Below the pieces are notes generated by a model, which did no database searches, was not told the DNA's origin, and worked only from the letters and a program-made list of their open reading frames with translations. From Atractiella rhizophila (taxonomy: Eukaryota), in the NCBI GenBank assembly GCA_021432655.1, contig MU271434.1, positions 1 to 64,000 of the forward strand: a stretch of DNA of 64,000 bases. The letters are read 5' to 3'. A program made the position numbers and the translations under genes. Below, piece after piece: positions 24,223 to 36,841 of this stretch. Each line of letters opens with the position of its first letter. Positions within the stretch are counted from its first letter, which is position 1.

Positions 24223-27200
24223 TCAATGATTGATGAACCCCAACAACGGATTATCCCCCCATCCCTCTCTACCTCCTCCTCTCGACGCTTCGTCCATCCT
24301 TATTACTCCCATAACCCTGCCGTTTGGTTCATGCGAAGTCGCAGCAGGCGTTGCCCTTGTAAGGAGCAAGGAATCGGTCTATCCGTCCTTCAGTCCACAA
24401 TGTCCTCAGCAGTGCTTGGAGCGATGGAGACGTACAAAATGCGCAATGTTGTCATACCCCACGCTCCCAGGCTCTTCTCTTCCCTCCCCCTCCGCAACAA
24501 TGGGTCTGGTGTCTCCTAGCTCCGCCTCCTTCTCTCGCATGAACCGTAGGACCTCCCTTCCCCTCTCCATATCTGGAGGCAAGTGATCCTCAGTCCTTCT
24601 TGCCAGTGCTCGGAGTTCGTTCGCTGGCATGAAATGTTCATCTTGGATCATGAGGGTGTAAGAGACGATGGAGGCATAGAGAGCAGCGCGTGGGAAGAGG
24701 GATGGAGAGGAAGAAGGGTGTGTTGGAGGGGAGGATGGCGTGTGGTAGATGGACAGAATCGTACCTATCAAACCAACCCAAACCAATGTAAATCAGCCAT
24801 TCTTGAGTCCAATTAAAGCGAGGAGAGGAGAGGACTAACCAGTTGCCTGTACCAACCGATCGACGTGCCACGGAGAATCGACCTTGAGTCCGCCTCCTGT
24901 CACGCTGGAGAGCCCCATTCCTCCACTGGAACCACCAACGCCCATCCCGTCCCTAGGTTCCTTGACCAAGAACGGTGCGTGGCTGTAGAGAGAGTCAGGA
25001 CATCGTTCATCTCACTCCATGACAAAACAAGAGGAATCGTACAGCAACAAAAGTGCCAACGCCGCCACGAGGCAAGCCGTTTTTCTCCTCTCTTCCCCTG
25101 CCACTTCTCCCTCCCACTTGAGCGAATTAGCCTCCATGACCTGATTAAGCTCTCCATCGATCCTCAGGACTTCAGCGTACGTTCCCCTCCTCCCTCCTGC
25201 GGCATACAAAGCCTTAATTCGACACAGGAGGGCAGAGACAATGGCCGTCGCGCGGGGATAAAAGATGTCGGTTCTTTCCCGCGCTTTCTCGTGAACTGGG
25301 ACGGGGAGGGCCGGGATGGAGGAATATGTCGGATGGAGTGACTCGTCTGGCACTATCGAGGGAGGTTTGGTTGTCGAGGAAGATGGAGAGAGAAGTAGCG
25401 TGGGTGGTTCAGCATTGTTTAGCGCCGCTGATAAACTTAAAACGTCCACATGACATCACATTGGGTTGCAGGGAGGACGAGGAGGAAGACGTACCCGCAA
25501 ATTGTGTAGAGGGAGAACCATATCACTCGCCTGTCCTGGACCTCCAATGGCTCGGCGCCAGTAGAAACTATCGCTTCGACTTCGAGAGGGTCGTAGTTCT
25601 GTTCATTCGTCCGTCATCTGCTCTTCATGCCATGAAAGGATACAGAAGGACGCACAAGCTCTAGTCTGGTTGCGAGCGAGATGACGCGCGTCGTCAACCT
25701 ACGTTTCGCGTTCTCCATCTCCTTCGTCGACAGGAGAGAGTGGTTCCAATCTATAAACCACAACGGAGGTGGGAAAACAAAAGTCAGTCGATGTTCGATC
25801 TTCAGACGACAGAAGGGGAAGGCGCACGGAACAACAGCAGCATTACGGCTTTAATGGCGTCCAATCCACCCTCCTTCCGTTCCCACCACTCTCCACCCTC
25901 TCCATCCTCCTCTGTCTCTCTCTCGTCATCGATCTCGACGATCAACCTACACGCGGCGTCGATCCACCGTTCCTCCTCCGTCCCGCCGACTGGGATGGAT
26001 CCTTGGAGGGAAGAGCGGTCGATGGAGGTCGCGATCTCCTTTCCACGCGCCAGGAGGACGAGGTAGAGGGCGAGCCAGGAAGGGGACATGGTGGATGGTG
26101 GGGAGGTCCAATAGGTGGCGTATGCTCTTCGAAACGAAGGTGGGTGGACCCTATTCGAACCACATCACAAGTCATGACGGTGATATAAGCATAACACGGT
26201 GATAGGGCATAGAGGAAGGGACAGACAGATGGAGCATATCGCCTGCAAAGAAGCTCTGGAGATACGCATCGCTACCCTCTCTCCCCGGTAACAAGGATGA
26301 CAAATCGAGGGGGTTCTCTTTCTGCATTCTGTAGCCCAAGAGCCTCTTGAAAGGGGTTGGGAGTCTGGATTTCGAATTTGGATTTGAGGTTGAATTTGGG
26401 GCAGAGGAGAGTGCAGGATGGAGGGGAAGGTCAGGAGAGGTGGAAGAGTGCGAGGGGAAGATTGAGAGGAGGTATTCGCGAGCTTGGGGTAGGAGCCAGC
26501 TCTCCTCTTTCTCCGTTCCCTCTGTCCTTCTTGCTTCTGATCCGGAGGGAAGCTTGGAGGAGAGTGTGAGGGCGTAGAGGGAGGATGGGACGTCGTCTAT
26601 TCCCTCCAACGACGGCCCACGACGTTCTCTTCGTCCTATACATCGATAATCAATTTACCATTCCACAGAGGTGAGTTAGAAGAGACGTGCCAGCTTGTAC
26701 GCCTCCTCCCAGGTGTATGGCGGTGGTGAGGGATGCAAGTTGGGACAAGTCTCTATCGAGGCGGTCGAGCTGCTGCCGAAGCTGGGAAAGGCCATCATTT
26801 GGGAAACTTGTTGCAATGTCAGCGTCTAACTCTCTCGATTGCATGCAACCAGGACACGAACAGAGGCGCGCTTCCTGTCCCGATGTTTGGTCACGTTAGA
26901 ATGTAGATTGAATTGCTCGGAATAGGTGAAAAGAGACGGACCTTCCCAATCGCATTGTTCTCCTTCTCCTCGCGACACACAGCTCATGCAAGGCTTTGTG
27001 CGAGAGCACATCATCTTTCGTTTCCTGCAACACAACCGATCAATATCATGCATATCCCATGTTGAATCAGAATACAGAAATTACAGCAAAGACATAGACT
27101 GATAGTAAACCGAAACGGCGAACACACCTGCATTGAGCACAACTCCTCAACCGCGTACTCTTGTTCTTTTTGGCCACCTGCGCCATCGCGCTGGTAGCAA

Positions 27201-27372
27201 CGCTTGCAGCAGTCGCGCTGACTTGTCCTGATGTTGGGGCCGATGGATCCTGGCCATGTACGGGTACGCTAGGCTGAGACTGGCGGTGTTGGTGCTGGTG
27301 CTGCTGGATAGGCGGAGGGAGAGGAAGGGGAGCTGGGAGCGCGGGGAACGATTGGAGGTAGGGGTTGAACAT
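24223..27372 (-). CDS. Zn(II)2Cys6 fungal transcription factor
   Basis: SCAQC|RKRKMMCSRTKPCMSCVSRGEGEQCDW, a coiled coil, then a fungal-TF-like middle region over many exons. Confidence 0.88.
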
Positions 27373-28943
27373 GGGATTTACTGGGAGAACTCGTCAGATG
27401 AATTCCTTGCAATTCCTTAGCTGCGTGGTCGTTGGCGCTGAGCATCACCATTTCCTTTTTCGGAACTTTTTGCCTTTTTGCCTTTTTGCTTTTTTCATTA
27501 TCCGATTCTATTTCTATCACTCTCTGATATGCTATCGACTTGATTAGCTTGATTGCTGCAATCAAGTATTTGTCAATTCCTACGGTTTCACACCTGAAAA
27601 CAGATTTCAACGTTCCAAATTTGACATATTCAACATCCTTGCTTAATATTCATACATTCATCGACATTTTGGTGGTTGAAACTTATATCTTCACCAGGCC
27701 CACACCACTTAGAAATCGAATCTAAAGTTCCCAAGCGGTAGGGATGGTACAGCTGCAGTCCACAGCGTCGTGCGAGCCTCGAAGCTTGAAGCTTGAGGTG
27801 ATACAGCATGAAAACATGACGACAAACACTTTCACTGCAATTGATCAAACTATCAAGTGTCTCGATGGGGACACGGCCATGCCGGCGAGGGCTTCGTAAT
27901 ATTACTACAATACATTACAGCACATCACATACGTGCTAGCAAGTCTTATGTCGGCTGCTGAAGCTCTGAAGGCCAAGCATTGCCCGAGCCAGCTGGCTGC
28001 CCAGCAGGGATTGTGGACTTAGTTTCCATTGAGTTATAAACGTTAATTATCATCAAAGTGATCCATGTTATGTTGTGTTATGTGCTGTACGGAGGAGTTT
28101 GATGGAATTAGTCGCTATGGAAGAAGGGTAAAAGTTCTCCAACGGCTGTGAGTAGAGTGGGTTATGCTGTATGGTATGGAATATGCGAAATCAGGTGAAT
28201 TCACGAACGGAACGAATGAGAGAAGATGAGTGCCACAATACTGTAACATGTGGATCAATTTGAGAGCCAGCCATACGATGATAACGGACGAGAGTGGCTC
28301 AAATTGATATTGCAGGCGGTCGAGTAAGGAAGAAGGAGGGAGGGAACGCATGAAAGTGTGGCCTTCCTCGCGGCGCTGAGGCTGAAGCCGTGACGCCGGG
28401 ACAGACAAAAAAAGTCAGCATCTGCTTATCGCACGACGAATAATGAAAAGGCCGTCGAAATCGCCATTACTGCACTTGAACACAAATTCGAAAGCATCTA
28501 ACGCTGCTCACAATTAAACCCGGGTTGCTTCCAAGCTTGGATCTACCGCAGAGTCGCCGTGGAATTGATGGAGCCTATGTGCCGAATACACGATATGTAC
28601 ATCTCCACTTCTTCCACAGTTCTGTTCGATGGGACGCTCCAAGGATCCCCAGTCCATCGATCACTTACGGCACAAGTACAATCCTTCTGAACCAATCTGG
28701 TGCAAGATGTGACCCCTGTCTTTGTCTTTGCTCATGCCTCCGAATTGTAATTGCATGTTCCATGGGTTTACAAGGCACACAGAAAAAGAGGGGTTGACAG
28801 CTACGAACAGTTCTCTCCGAATCGTTATCCATCCATTTTGGCCAATCGCTGAATGCAATTCGTCACTTCCGCACTGGCCAATTGACGTGACCCGTACCAC
28901 AAAGCGTTGATTCGGCTTTCCCTGGGCCTTTCGACTTCTCCAT

Positions 28944-31602
28944 ATGATTAGCGCAGCACGTCTCTTTGATCTGCGCCTCAGCTGCACAGTACGACCGAAA
29001 GCTTCAAGTTAAAGACGTGAGCTGTTCTGCGAGCTAAAGAAGCGAAGAGGCTGGATGTTCCTATGGAGAAACACAAAAAGCTGGGTCGCTTAATTACAGT
29101 AGTACTGAATGTGTCATCCAACGGATCTCTGTGAAGGTCTGAGGTGATTCTTGTAATGTCATTCTCTGTCTTCCTCCGCGACGACGACGTACGGAGATAA
29201 CTGTGATTGGTACAAGAAAAGAATATGCCATTCTCGACCATCACTTTCACGCAAGTCGCCTCGTCCTCTACTGTGAGTATGGTACTGTCAATCCGACGAG
29301 TTCATGAGCCTGAAGAGTATAGACCAGTGGAGGTTCTGTTGGGCTCGGAACGGACGCGTTTTTACTGTCTTGTGACAGTACCGACAACATGTTTCATTGT
29401 ACGCGTATTTTGACACTTACGCCAAAGACGATTTGGAGACATACAGCTCATCTGGAGCTACAGGACGTGGGCGGATGAATGTATTCCAGGGCATCCGAAG
29501 GGCCGTAACCAAACTTGAAGTATGCGAATGTGCGAATGAAGGGAGTGGAATAACAACCTCCGCCTCGGTACAGTCGCTCTGTCTGGCCGTGATTAGGACG
29601 TTGAACGAGTAGTGACACTCGCAGTGGCTGCGTTGGATTCCCACTCCGGAGGAAGCTCCATAAATCCTGTTCACTTCTTGTGATGGAATACTTGACCCAG
29701 CCCCATAAAAGCCCTGTCTCCTCTTTCAACTGGACGCTTTCGGTCTCTCGTCATTTCATTTCCACCTTTGACAACTTTGACGTTTCGTGGTTTCGCATAT
29801 ACGTAAACACTCCAGTATGGTCATGATGGAGATGGATTACCTTCGACGCATCGAACTGGGTCACTCGTCCTCGCTCGAACCTGCAATTCCAGTATCTGCG
29901 ACAATGGACCAGCTCTCGAAAGACTCAAAGGTGCTCTTTGTCGCCCCAGGGCCGATCTCCGTGTCTTCGTTAGACTACGAATATGAACACCATTCAGCGA
30001 CCAAGCAGAACAAGCTGAAGAAGGTCTCGACGGCAGCAAAGGGAAAGCGGGGACGAGGTTCAGAAGTAGAACAGGACAGAGAGGACAGGATGGCGAGGAA
30101 GAAGAAGCGATCCCATCCTCCCTCTAGCCTGAAAGCCAGGCAACCCACCGCCTCAGCGGACTCTGACACTTCATCGCACTCCAACCCATTGCATCCTACT
30201 TCGACGCCGACGACAACTAGGACGCAGGAGGACAAGGGAAACCTCTGGTCCCATACCTTGGACCGTGCCTATTCGTCATCCTCATCGTCGCAACTCTCGA
30301 TTCCGCCCGTCGCTCAAAACCACCATGCTCAACCCCAAGCTCAAGTCCATCCTCCGAGCTCCTATGTCGACGGAAAACACACTCTCGACCTTCCTGACGA
30401 CCCTTGGACCGCTTGGAGCCGTCCGACCGCGGCAGAAAGAGTGGCTCGGGATGTAATTGGAGAGCCGGGGGAACATCCTGTCCGAGATCAGATGATCAAA
30501 CGGGAAGACGCACCATTGGGAGCAGAAAATCAGAGGCGAACACCTCCAGCGAATTTGCATCACACTCAAACAGGAGGCTCTATGAACCTGCCTCCTCATC
30601 CAGCTATGGTCTGCTCCACCTCGTCGCACTATCGGTACTCAGGTTTGTCTCATTTCTCACATTCTGAAGGGAACCATTCTCAGCTCAACTGGACCTAAAG
30701 TGCCTTCTTGTCCCATCATCCCACTCCCCCCACCCCAAACGTCTCAATACCCACTGTCCGACACACCCTCCCTCCCCAATCTGTCGACAACGGGGAGTAT
30801 CCCAACCCGCTCCCTCGCGGTATACGGTGATCCAGCGACCAGGAGCTGGAACGTTGATGCCGTGTGGGACTCGAGAGCTCCCATCGTTCCGTCCCAGCCA
30901 GCCGCCTATGTACCTGCACCATCGCATGCCGCTGGACATGCCATAGGGATGGGACCGAAAGCAGGATCAGGAGTACGCGATGAGGTGAAGGCAGAAGGAA
31001 AACCAGGCCGTGGGAGAGCGTCGGGTCGGGTCGCCTCAGCTGGAAGAGGAAGGGGAAGGGGACGTTCGACTGCAATTCGAACGGATGGAGGGGAGAAGAA
31101 GCCTCGAAAGCCTCGAAAGAAACCAGAGGCTCCATCTCAATTTCAATCTGTATCCCTCCCCACGTCCACTTCGACATCTACTACCAACTCCATTATCCTT
31201 CCACCTGTCAATCAAAGCATCAAGATCGAGACTTTCAGCCTTTTCGTCCCTTCTTCCTCAGCTGCCTCGTCCTCGTCTTCCAGATCCGATGTCTCGTCCC
31301 GAGTTTCCACTCCCCTCCCCTCTCCTCGTCCCTTCTCCACTGGAGGACAGTCAGCCCAAAACTCTCGCTCGCCACAAACCTCTAATTCGCTCTCGCCCCG
31401 TAACACACCAACCCTATCAGAGGTCTCGAGGACGTCGACCCCACTGCCGAAGTCTCTGAGGCACATCATGAATGACGACCAACAACATGAGGCTGCTTCA
31501 AGCAGCCCTATAGCGGATAAAGAACTCTCAAAAGACGTCGAGCGACTCCAAGTCTCCATTTCACCTCCCACCCCGTCAGTCGTGGTGCAACCCGCCTTGT
31601 AG
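28944..31602 (+). CDS. Uncharacterised low-complexity, probably nuclear protein; 5' exons uncertain
   Basis: Long open exons 29787-30698 and 30700-31602, Ser/Pro-rich, with GRGRGRGR and KKPRKPRKK. Confidence 0.5.
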
Positions 31603-31901
31603 AATCACTCATTCTGTTTCCCTTGTTCAAGTTATTGGCTGTCGCGAATAGTTTTAGGAGTATCACAACGCATAATTCGTACAACTGTTAAAATTTGTCT
31701 CTTGTTCATACGTACCAATGTACATTATGTTGCAACCATCATATTGCACATCGCTGAAATGAAGGCTGGTGGAATCCATAACCTTTGAAAAAGATAGATA
31801 ATACAAACGAAAACTACACTCCGCACCCCGACGGCAAAGGAACAGCACTCGAAAGAAAGATCAAAAAGAGCTGAAATGAAACTCGAAGGAGAAGAAAAAT
31901 A

Positions 31902-34900
31902 TTATTCAGCCTCCCATCTTCCAGTTACCTTCCTCCAGTGAGCAGGATTCTCCACTGCCAACGCTTTCAGTTTCCTTTCTCGCTCCCACTCTTCCTCCCT
32001 GCCCGAAGGGCTCATAAATGATGCGGAAGGAAACCACGACCTCTGACCTGCCGGATGAGCGTCTTCATGCGCTTCTGTAGCGTGAGGGATAGTGATGGGG
32101 TGAGTTGGCGGGGTTGACGAGGCCGAAGCAGAATGCGGTTGAGGTTGAGATGGAGGGACATGGGAACCAGAAATTGAGCGAACTTTGGCCGAAAGCTGGT
32201 CCAAGATCTGTTTTCGACTGGTCGACATCCCAGCCAGGACTGGGGCCGGGACGACTGTGTCTTCGATCGTACTTTCTATCCTACCTGCAGGAGTCAAAAG
32301 TCGGGATGCAATTGAATTCTGCTGTGTCGCACCGTGTGCGAGGAAGGTGGAATGGATTGAGGAGTCAGACAACCCACGAGACCGAAGAGTTTGCTCTAAA
32401 AGTCTGGGACCTCCTTGTCCTGTACCTTGGCCATGTCCATCGCCGTCGATGACGGCTTTCGCGGTGGACGTGGACGCTGTGGGTAGGGTATCGGCGTTTG
32501 GAAGGACGATCCAACGATCTTGAGGCGCAGCCTTTGGACGTAGAATGCCTCCAGCGAAGATAGAGTTAAGTCGTTGAACGTCCTGAACTGTTCTCTTCAG
32601 TGTCTTCCCACCAGCAGTAACTCCGCTTTCTCCAGGTCCCCGAGAAGGAGATGTTGTTGCAGAAACGGGATCGAGGGACGCTGGATTGACGGACACAGCT
32701 CGACGAACCACTCCAGTGCTCCCAAACTCGACGTTTACCGTGGCAGGCGTGACGGCATTCGAACCCTGAAGTTTCGGCATCCGACGTCCCCCACCGAGTG
32801 GAGGCGAGCGTGTCTCTGTACGATCTGGGCTGTTGAAGTTTGAGGACGAGAAAAACCGCGAAAAAGGAGCGAGGAGACCAGGTCCGGAATGCTTCCTCTC
32901 TGGTTCTTCAGGCAGAAGGGGACGGATGATGTCGACTACTTCAGTGAGGGGAACGTCCAACTCCTTCACCTTCAATGGAACGAGAGATGGATCCAATTCG
33001 ACTTTGTTGAGTAGGACGCGTAGACGCCCCATCTCAAAAAGGAGGTCGCGCAGTAATCGAACGAGCTGCGTAAAGTCCTTACGAGAGACCAAGCTGTCCG
33101 ATTGTGATTCAGAGAGAGACGAGGCACCTTCTTTCTGGAGAGATCGCTGCTCATTCTCAATGGCTTTCCTATAGCGCGGCCGCATGTTCTCGATGTCGAC
33201 GAGCTACGAAGCATCAGCTGTGTCCACAATGAGATTCGCAGGCTTACCAGATCCCTCAACGTCATATGCGCCAGATGGCGAACATCCCCCGTCAGGTTCT
33301 GCTTCTTCAATCTTTTCTCCAGGGAGCCGATATCCGCACTCTGCAGTCTAGCTAGAAGTCTGCGGAGAAGAATCAGTCAGTCCTTGGCAGTAGAGAGAAT
33401 AACTACTTGGTCGCATGCTCCACCAAGTTGTTGAGGAGCGCCGTGCGCGAATCGGGATGGCTTCCCATCCCAGCAAGATTGTACACTGATGGTCCAGGAT
33501 TGAACGTGAAGGTATCGGTGAGGTTGGGATCCTTATTCTCTGACGTTCCGGTGGAGCGTTCTGAGATCGAAGAAGTGTATCCTCTATTAAGAGACGGAGT
33601 TGAATCGCGGACAATGTCCGTTTGAGTAGCTCGATGAACACGAATGCCATCCGCAGCCGGCGAAGGCGGGCGGGCACGCAAAGCTGGTATTTCTCGTTCG
33701 TCTGGAGCGGATCGACTAAGGGCAATACTGAGCCCGGAAGGTTGACCTGGCGGATGAGTGTGAGCGTCGGCCTGCGACTTGATGCGGAACATGCTGATGT
33801 TGGACAATTCTCTCCGATGCCTCCCTTTTCGAGCTTGCTCTTCTTCCTCCTCTCCATCCCTAGGGAGGGGCGAAAGTACCTCTTTGAGAAGCTCTTCCTG
33901 CTCCAGTAAGTCCTCCAAGTCCTCTCGCTGATGCTCCGACCGGGAGTGGCTCCGAGAGCGAGAAGGAGGCTTGCTTCCAGAATCTGGAAACGCCGCAACA
34001 GCAGGGCTAGGGAGGTCAATGCTTGATGATCCCCTCGTATGTGTTTTCCGACGCAGACTCGTTGAATTCGCGAGAGGCGGGAGGACAGGACGACGTTTGT
34101 TGGAAGAATGGTAGTGATAGTGGGTATGCTTCTCTACCTTCCTCGGTTGAGATTGAGAGGACCGTCCAGCACTGTCGTCATCACTGAACGTCGACCTGGC
34201 GGGACTCCGAAGACCTTGAAGATCGGAGAGAGCATGGACACCCCAAGGCTTGCCCGCAAAGCTCGTCGTTTTATCCGTCCCAGTAGGACTACCGACGTGC
34301 ATGCTCGTGCCTACATCGGGAGCGAGGAGGACTTCGCTCATGAGCGTCTTCCGTGCTTCTCCCACCATGCTCTCTTCGATCTCCTCCTCTTCCATCCGTT
34401 TTCGTTCCTCCATCTGAGCGTAGCGATCTCGTTCCATTTCGTCCAAAAGAAGTGAATGTTCATCGCGGGTGGTGGAGAGGAGGTTTTGGAGGTGTGTATT
34501 TTCGGTCGTCAGAGCATCATTCTCAGCCCTCAGAGAGGACAGTAGTGAAAGGAGTGACGTGACTTCTGGATTCGTCGACTTGATGTTGGGTATCTAGAAA
34601 AAAGAGTTGATTGGTATCAGCAGACCGAATAAAGGAAGTCGATATGAACACGTTAGAGAACCAGCCAAGCTAGTTAGCTCGAGTTTCGAGGTAAAGGAGC
34701 AGCAAGATGGGTCCTCCCCTCCGCTTGCACTTCGAAAACCGAATGAAAATTAATATCAGAAGGAAGCAAGCGTCATAACACGGAACGCCAAATAAATCAT
34801 GCGCTCCGTGATTCTCGCTCCCAGCCAACGAGCGGTTAGCCAACATGGCAAAAGCTGCGGGGACCAAGTCATCGCATCGACACAGTATTCCCATCAGACC

Positions 34901-36154
34901 CATCAGAAACATTTCAGATGCGAATAACGCACGAGGGGACTATTACGAGGGAATCCTTCACTATGGCGAACAAGGAAATTGAGAAAAATTGAGAAAAGGA
35001 CCGAAAATTCATTTCTCTCGTATCCTTTAGTATGCTCAAGCAAATTAATAAATGGTTCAATCAGCGGAAATATAAACGAAATATGCTAAGAGTTTGTGCC
35101 TTGCAAAATGGCCATAGGCAACATCGGGTTCACAATCTTGCCAACCCAGTCAAAACCAGAAAGGAGCTTAACTCTCCAACACAACGCCCCGATCAGGAGC
35201 TGTAGCAGCTCAACATGAAGTACCATCTTATTTTAAAGTGAGGAAACAAGAGAGACACACCTTAATAGATTCTATGCCATTCTTCTCCGCACTCCCATTC
35301 AAGTTCCCATCGACCACCCTCCCTCTCTCCTCCTCGAACCTCTCCTTCCACCTCCTCATCGCCCTCTCCGCCTTCTCCCTCTCCCTCCTCTCCACCTCAT
35401 TCCCATCGACCACCCTCCCTCTCTCCTCCTCGAACCTCTCCTTCCACCTCCTCATCGCCCTCTCCGCCTTCTCCCTCTCCCTCCTCTCCACCTCCAACTC
35501 CTTCCTCGCATCCTCTCGCTCCCTCTCCCACCCCTTCCTCTCTCCATCCCTCCTCTGTCCCTCCCTCTCCAACATCCCATTCTTCACTTTCAGACCCTCC
35601 ATTTCGGCACGCAGCTCCGCCAGCTGGTTTTCGGAGGCAGAAGCACGAGAAAGAGATGCGGACAGGGAGGTCAGGAGCTGTGCGTTGCTCGTTTGAAGCG
35701 TGGAGACTTCTTTGGTGAGAGAGGTGCGTTGGGAAAGGAGGGATTGACCGAGAGAGGCGGAGAGGTGGAGGTCTTCTTGTAGCGAGTGCAAGGTGGAGAG
35801 CAGCTCTCGACAGGAGTCACAGCTCTCGTTGATACGAATGGTCATCTCCTCACCGCTTGAACTACCGCCAATCATACTCCCACTGGTACTCCCTCCTCCT
35901 CCGTCAGCTAGAGACTCCAAATCGTCCGCCGAGCTAGAAAACAGCACCTTTCCCGGTGAAGGAGAGACCAATGATCTCGTCCTGAAGTGTCTCAACTGTC
36001 TAGCATAGTCTCTATCGTCCCCATTCGCATTGTTGTCGTCTGCAGCGTGGGAGGTGGATGAGGCGGAGGGAGACGAGGTCACGCTGAGTTGGATGGAGAA
36101 GCGAGAGGGCGTCGGAGTGCGCGGTGGGGTTGATGGACCGGGGGGTGTCTCCAT
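31902..36154 (-). CDS. Large coiled-coil protein with CC1-box-like motif
   Basis: In-frame splicing joins four exons; DLHLSASLGQSLL precedes a long coiled coil; central KLLARLQSADIGSLEKRLKKQNL.GDVRHL block. Confidence 0.8.
34594..35260 (-). ncRNA. 667-nt intron with extensive sense-strand stems (candidate structured RNA)
   Basis: GT-AG ends keep the reading frame; stems include CACGGAGCGC/GCGTTCCGTG, GGGAGCGAG/CTTGCTTCC and long-range AAGATGG/CCATCTT. Confidence 0.35.
35304..35494 (-). repeat. In-frame 96-bp tandem duplication (32 aa x2)
   Basis: EVERREREKAERAMRRWKERFEEERGRVVDGN occurs twice. Confidence 0.95.
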
Positions 36155-36841
36155 TGCGCGTACTCAGTCCGAGCAACGGCGCTGGGAGTTAATGTGCGGA
36201 ATTGGTCGTTTAGATTCGGATTGAGCATGCGCAGGATAGCGCGCGTTCGCTCAACGATCCTTCCGAAGTTGGAGGTCGAACGAAAGCGAGAGAGAGAGAG
36301 ATAGAGTCGTAGTCATAGTGAGCAAAACGGGCCATAATGGTGCGCCTTTTACTCCTTCGCTATAGACCAGGAGGAGAGAGGAAGCCCATTTGGTTGTAGT
36401 TGACGCGGCTCCTGTCGAGGAGAAAAGGAATGCAATCCAGGAATTGCGACGCAGCAATTGCAATCATCAAGAGAAATAATGGTGCTATCCGTTGAACACA
36501 GGAGTAGGCAAAGTTTGTTGGCCTATGCTCCTTTCTCCTCAGTCCAGAATTCAGTGGTCCCAGTACTGAACATATGGACATCTCGTGGAATGTTCATTCA
36601 CACAGATGCGCGAAGCTGCGGTTCTTTCTTTGTCCCCTCTATTGTGAGGGATGCTTTTCAGCACCAGTAATACAATAACACTTCTGCTGTCTTAACTCAC
36701 GATTGCGTCCGTCCTTGCTGTAATTCTTTCCCCAATGCCCTTACACTCCATCATGAAATCTTGAAGTAGACTGCTCAACGCAGTCAGCATTGTTCTCCTG
36801 CTTTGAACAAGCCATCGTTTCCCTTGTTCAATTCTGCCTGC

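Noticed and set aside
27465..27495. (CTTTTTG)-like repeat, also (GA)n near 36287
   Set aside because: Ordinary simple repeats.
34594..35260. RNase MRP/P or telomerase RNA as the identity of the long intron
   Set aside because: AGTCCCC is present but its GGGGCT partner and correct spacing are not; no CTAACCC template.
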